A DNA stretch of 64,000 nt, taken from Phaeosaccion multiseriatum (Eukaryota; Protista; Ochrophyta, other classes). Shown piece after piece: positions 61,163 through 64,000 of this stretch (position 1 is the first letter of the stretch; every line of letters begins with the position of its first letter). The position numbers and the translations under genes are program-made. The notes below the pieces were generated by a model. It did no database searches. It was not told the origin of the DNA and saw only the letters and a list, made by a program, of their open reading frames with translations. Location: assembly GCA_965112735.1 (NCBI GenBank), contig OZ218959.1:3348001-3412000 (forward strand), in the 5' to 3' direction.

Positions 61163-63270
61163 ATGGATCTCCCAAACCCTTACGTTGGCGGCCGTGCGCC
61201 ACAACGCAGCCTTCTGAGGAGATGTCTGAAGTGCGTGGGGACTGGGCTGTGCTTGCCTGTTTTCTGCTTTGTGGGCTGTTTGAGCTGTACCGGGAATAGC
61301 CTGGCGGGAAAGAGGGGGAGGAAGCGCCAAGTGAAGGCTGTGCTCTCAATACTGGGCCTGCTTTTCGTGTATCAGCTCCTTGCTGAGACAAACCTGTCGC
61401 ACGACAAGGTGGCGACCATGATCGACTTCTGGAATGCGAAGGTGAGGGAGGGAGGGTGGAGGTGACCGGCGACCCCCCATTTCCGTACACATGAGCTCCT
61501 GAATAGCTCACCAGGGAGGTGCAAGGTGCAGGGAGCGGCAACTCGCCATTTTGCTTACACACCAGCACATGAATACCTCACTATCTGAAGCGGTGCTTTG
61601 TTGTTCTGTACTTCTGCGGAACGGCGCTGGCAGAGTGCCCAGTATGACCAGCCCTTGGTGGAGCACTGCACGCCCGACCAGGAGTACAACGAGCCGTCGA
61701 CGGCTGTGGCCATTCTGGGCCTTGGTGTCATGGCTAGCCAGCTCAAGTGCGAGGCTGCCGTGGAATCGCTGGGCAAGATTGGAGGCTGGACGGTGAGTGG
61801 GAATTTTTCTACTAAATGCCCCGTCGACCAAACCCGAAACCCAGGGAAGCGTGTATCTCTTCAATTCTCTACTAAATGCCCCATCGACGAAACCCGCAAA
61901 CCAGGGAAGAGTGTATCTCTTCACGGATAAAGAGGACTGCTACGACGTGGAAAAGATGAAGAAGCTTGGGGGCAACGACTTACGCATTGTGGGCATTAGT
62001 GGGGATTATAGTGGGGCTTTCGCAATGCCTTCTCTCTCGGGCACCAAGGGAAATCGCCTGAGAGCCAAGCTGCTGAAGAGTCGGCTTTTCAAGGAAATTG
62101 ACGACCCCGCGGTTGAGCAGCTCTTGTATATGGACTGCGACGAGGTGCTTGCACAGACGGGCTGTGCCAAGCCGATGATGGAGGAGATGTTCGGGGGCTG
62201 GTCGGACAGGTGAGACGGCTGCAACCAGCTGCAACCACGGAATGTACTTGGCGACTTGGTTTTCCGTTGCCTGACGGACCTTGCCTCTGCCCTTCCACCA
62301 CCCCCCCTCGCTGCAGCGAGAATATTCGATTTCGCATCACGAGGACGAGTGAGCAAATCGGGGGTCCAGACATGGCCCACCACTTCGACGAGGCCATACA
62401 GGCCCAGTTCGATAACCCCTTCTTTATGATTCACGCAGGCTTCTTCGCAGCCAAAAGGGATAAGGTACACAGTGTGTGAGGGGCGCATCACTTTTCTTGG
62501 TCGATCCTCTCACTTTGCCTTTTGCTGTGCTTGTCGTTGCGTTGACACGAAAAGTCCTGGAAGGCCTTGGAGGAGTGGGAGAAGGAGCTCTCTACCATGA
62601 AGTACGCGGCAGACCGGATGGCCTTCGTGACCGCCATGCGAAACGTCCAAGCCGCGTCCAAAGCCAACCACACGGAGAATCACATGCAGGTGGGTCGGAC
62701 ATGGGCACACCTGGTTGACCCCTACACGCTTTACTTGCGGATGGCACGCTGTTGTTGCTCATAAGTGATCGCGCGCGATTCTCTCCCCCTCCCCCCCAAA
62801 AGTGGCCCTAGAAACTGACTGATGATGTGCCTACCCTCTTTCTCTTTGTCCTCCTCGTCGGCTGGCAGATCGGGTCGTGGAAAACAGGCTGGGAGAAGTT
62901 CGCAGACGCAAGAAGTCCGCATCTGCCCTGTGTGGTTCATGTGTCCCACAAGAGGTAGGCCATTGTGTGAAGTGTGAAATGCGGGCACCTTAGGGGACGC
63001 TCACATCTAGTATCCTGACGTAAGCCTACCATCGAATATTGGCTTTCAAAAGCGGTTCATACATTTCAACCCCCCCCCCCCCTTTCCTCACACAGGTGCC
63101 TCTGGCAAGGAAGGAAAAACGTCCAGAGCATTATCGACCGCTTAGGCCTAGAGACCTACAAGCAGGAGGATGGCACTACGCTCAACTATTGCGAGAGCCT
63201 TCTCACCTACCCCTTCACTCTCGGTTGGGTGCCCTACAAATCATGTCGAAAAATAGAGACATGGGTTTGA
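61163..63270 (+). CDS. Type II membrane GT-A-fold glycosyltransferase-like protein
   Basis: N-terminal TM (AVLSILGLLFVYQLL), VESLGKIGGWTGRVYLFTD, DxD motif LLYMDCDEV and IHAGFFAA. Six GT-AG introns. Confidence 0.65.
61804..61923 (+). repeat. 60-bp tandem duplication spanning an intron-exon boundary
   Basis: Two near-identical units, tctactaaatgcccc...ccag/ggaag(c/a)gtgtatctcttca, exactly 60 nt apart. Confidence 0.92.
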
Positions 63271-63393
63271 ACCCCCCCCCCAAAATGGTCACAGCCATAT
63301 GTTGTAACATGCGAGAGATAGACTGTAGCAGCCCTTTCCACCCTCGACTCCTAGGCGCGGAAAGGAGGCCGAACGGGTCACATCACAGATAGG

Positions 63394-64000
63394 ATGGCAC
63401 TTTACGGCGGGTGGACGGCAGCCGATGGCGACCCCACTTTTGCCTCAACAAAACCCCTCACTGAATCCAATCCAGCGGCAGCCGCGAAGGCGAGCAAGGC
63501 GCTGCGGCACCAGCCTCAGCATCAAGCGCAGCAGCACGGCAGGTAGTAAGGAAGGGAGGGGGAAGGGAAGTGCAAACCCTCAAGGAAGCCGAAAGGACTA
63601 CGGAAGGGGGGGAAGGGACGTGCCAAAAATATATAACTAAGGTCTTCCCTGCCTCTTTCTCGCCCTCTACATGCTACTTCTCTTTGTCTTGATCTGTGGT
63701 GCATTTCCCTGGATTGGGCGCGAATTTTCCCAGACGGAGAGTAACAGAGAAGCAGCGGAAGCGGCAGCGGCGACGAGGCGGACGAGGGCAGGCAAAGCAG
63801 CAATCCCCTTTGATGGAAGCCAACAAGTCAGCTGAGGGAGGAGAGGCCGTAGCGGTAGGAGCTCCACAGCCTTTGGACAATGCGCCTGCTCCGGCTGTTC
63901 CCGCTGCTGCAGTGCAGTCAGCTGAGGGGGGAGAGGCCATAGCGTCTCCGCAATCTGCGGCTGCTCCGCCCACCGATGATAAGGATGAGACTTCTCCGGC
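63394..64000 (+). CDS. 5' part of an unidentified low-complexity protein (partial)
   Basis: ATG at 63394. A putative intron at 63543-63733 gives a frame that stays open to the window end. Confidence 0.35.

Noticed and set aside
61804-61923. Direct repeats as a possible CRISPR or transposon terminus
   Set aside because: There are only two adjacent units, with no spacers, cas genes, transposase or target-site duplication.
1-64000. tRNA, rRNA, snRNA genes or intact mobile elements
   Set aside because: No recognisable signatures by eye. A covariance-model scan is needed to exclude small RNAs.

Overview
This is a gene-dense, GC-rich eukaryotic nuclear window with roughly 100 short spliceosomal introns (counted by eye). 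It comes from a photosynthetic stramenopile (ochrophyte), judging by an aureochrome (bZIP-LOV) and several bipartite plastid-targeting peptides (signal peptide + Phe). BBS7, a CFAP58-like gene and MORN3 suggest a flagellated stage. About 25 genes can be modelled, 22 of them in 11 head-to-head pairs. In order they are: a C2/multi-TM protein, a divergent Prx6, an alpha/beta-hydrolase-fold protein, a triple-PHD chromatin protein, cyclophilin, PLGG1/LrgAB, aureochrome, ALDH22, BBS7, an ABC1 kinase, CFAP58-like, FYVE-C2-myotubularin, golgin CASP, a plastid coiled-coil protein, a stand-alone pseudo-receiver protein, a hypothetical protein, a Nudix hydrolase, MORN3-EF-hand, a PDK1-like kinase fused to a CPPED1-like phosphatase, WDR54, ATG2, TFIIIC tau95, a Psb34-like protein, a GT-A glycosyltransferase and a partial gene. 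The most notable observations are the kinase-phosphatase fusion, the pseudo-receiver, the catalytically rewired Prx6, the Psb34-like gene, and microsatellites seeded by 5' splice sites. No tRNA, rRNA, CRISPR or intact transposon was seen. All family calls come from recognising motifs by eye, with no database search. Exon boundaries are manual.
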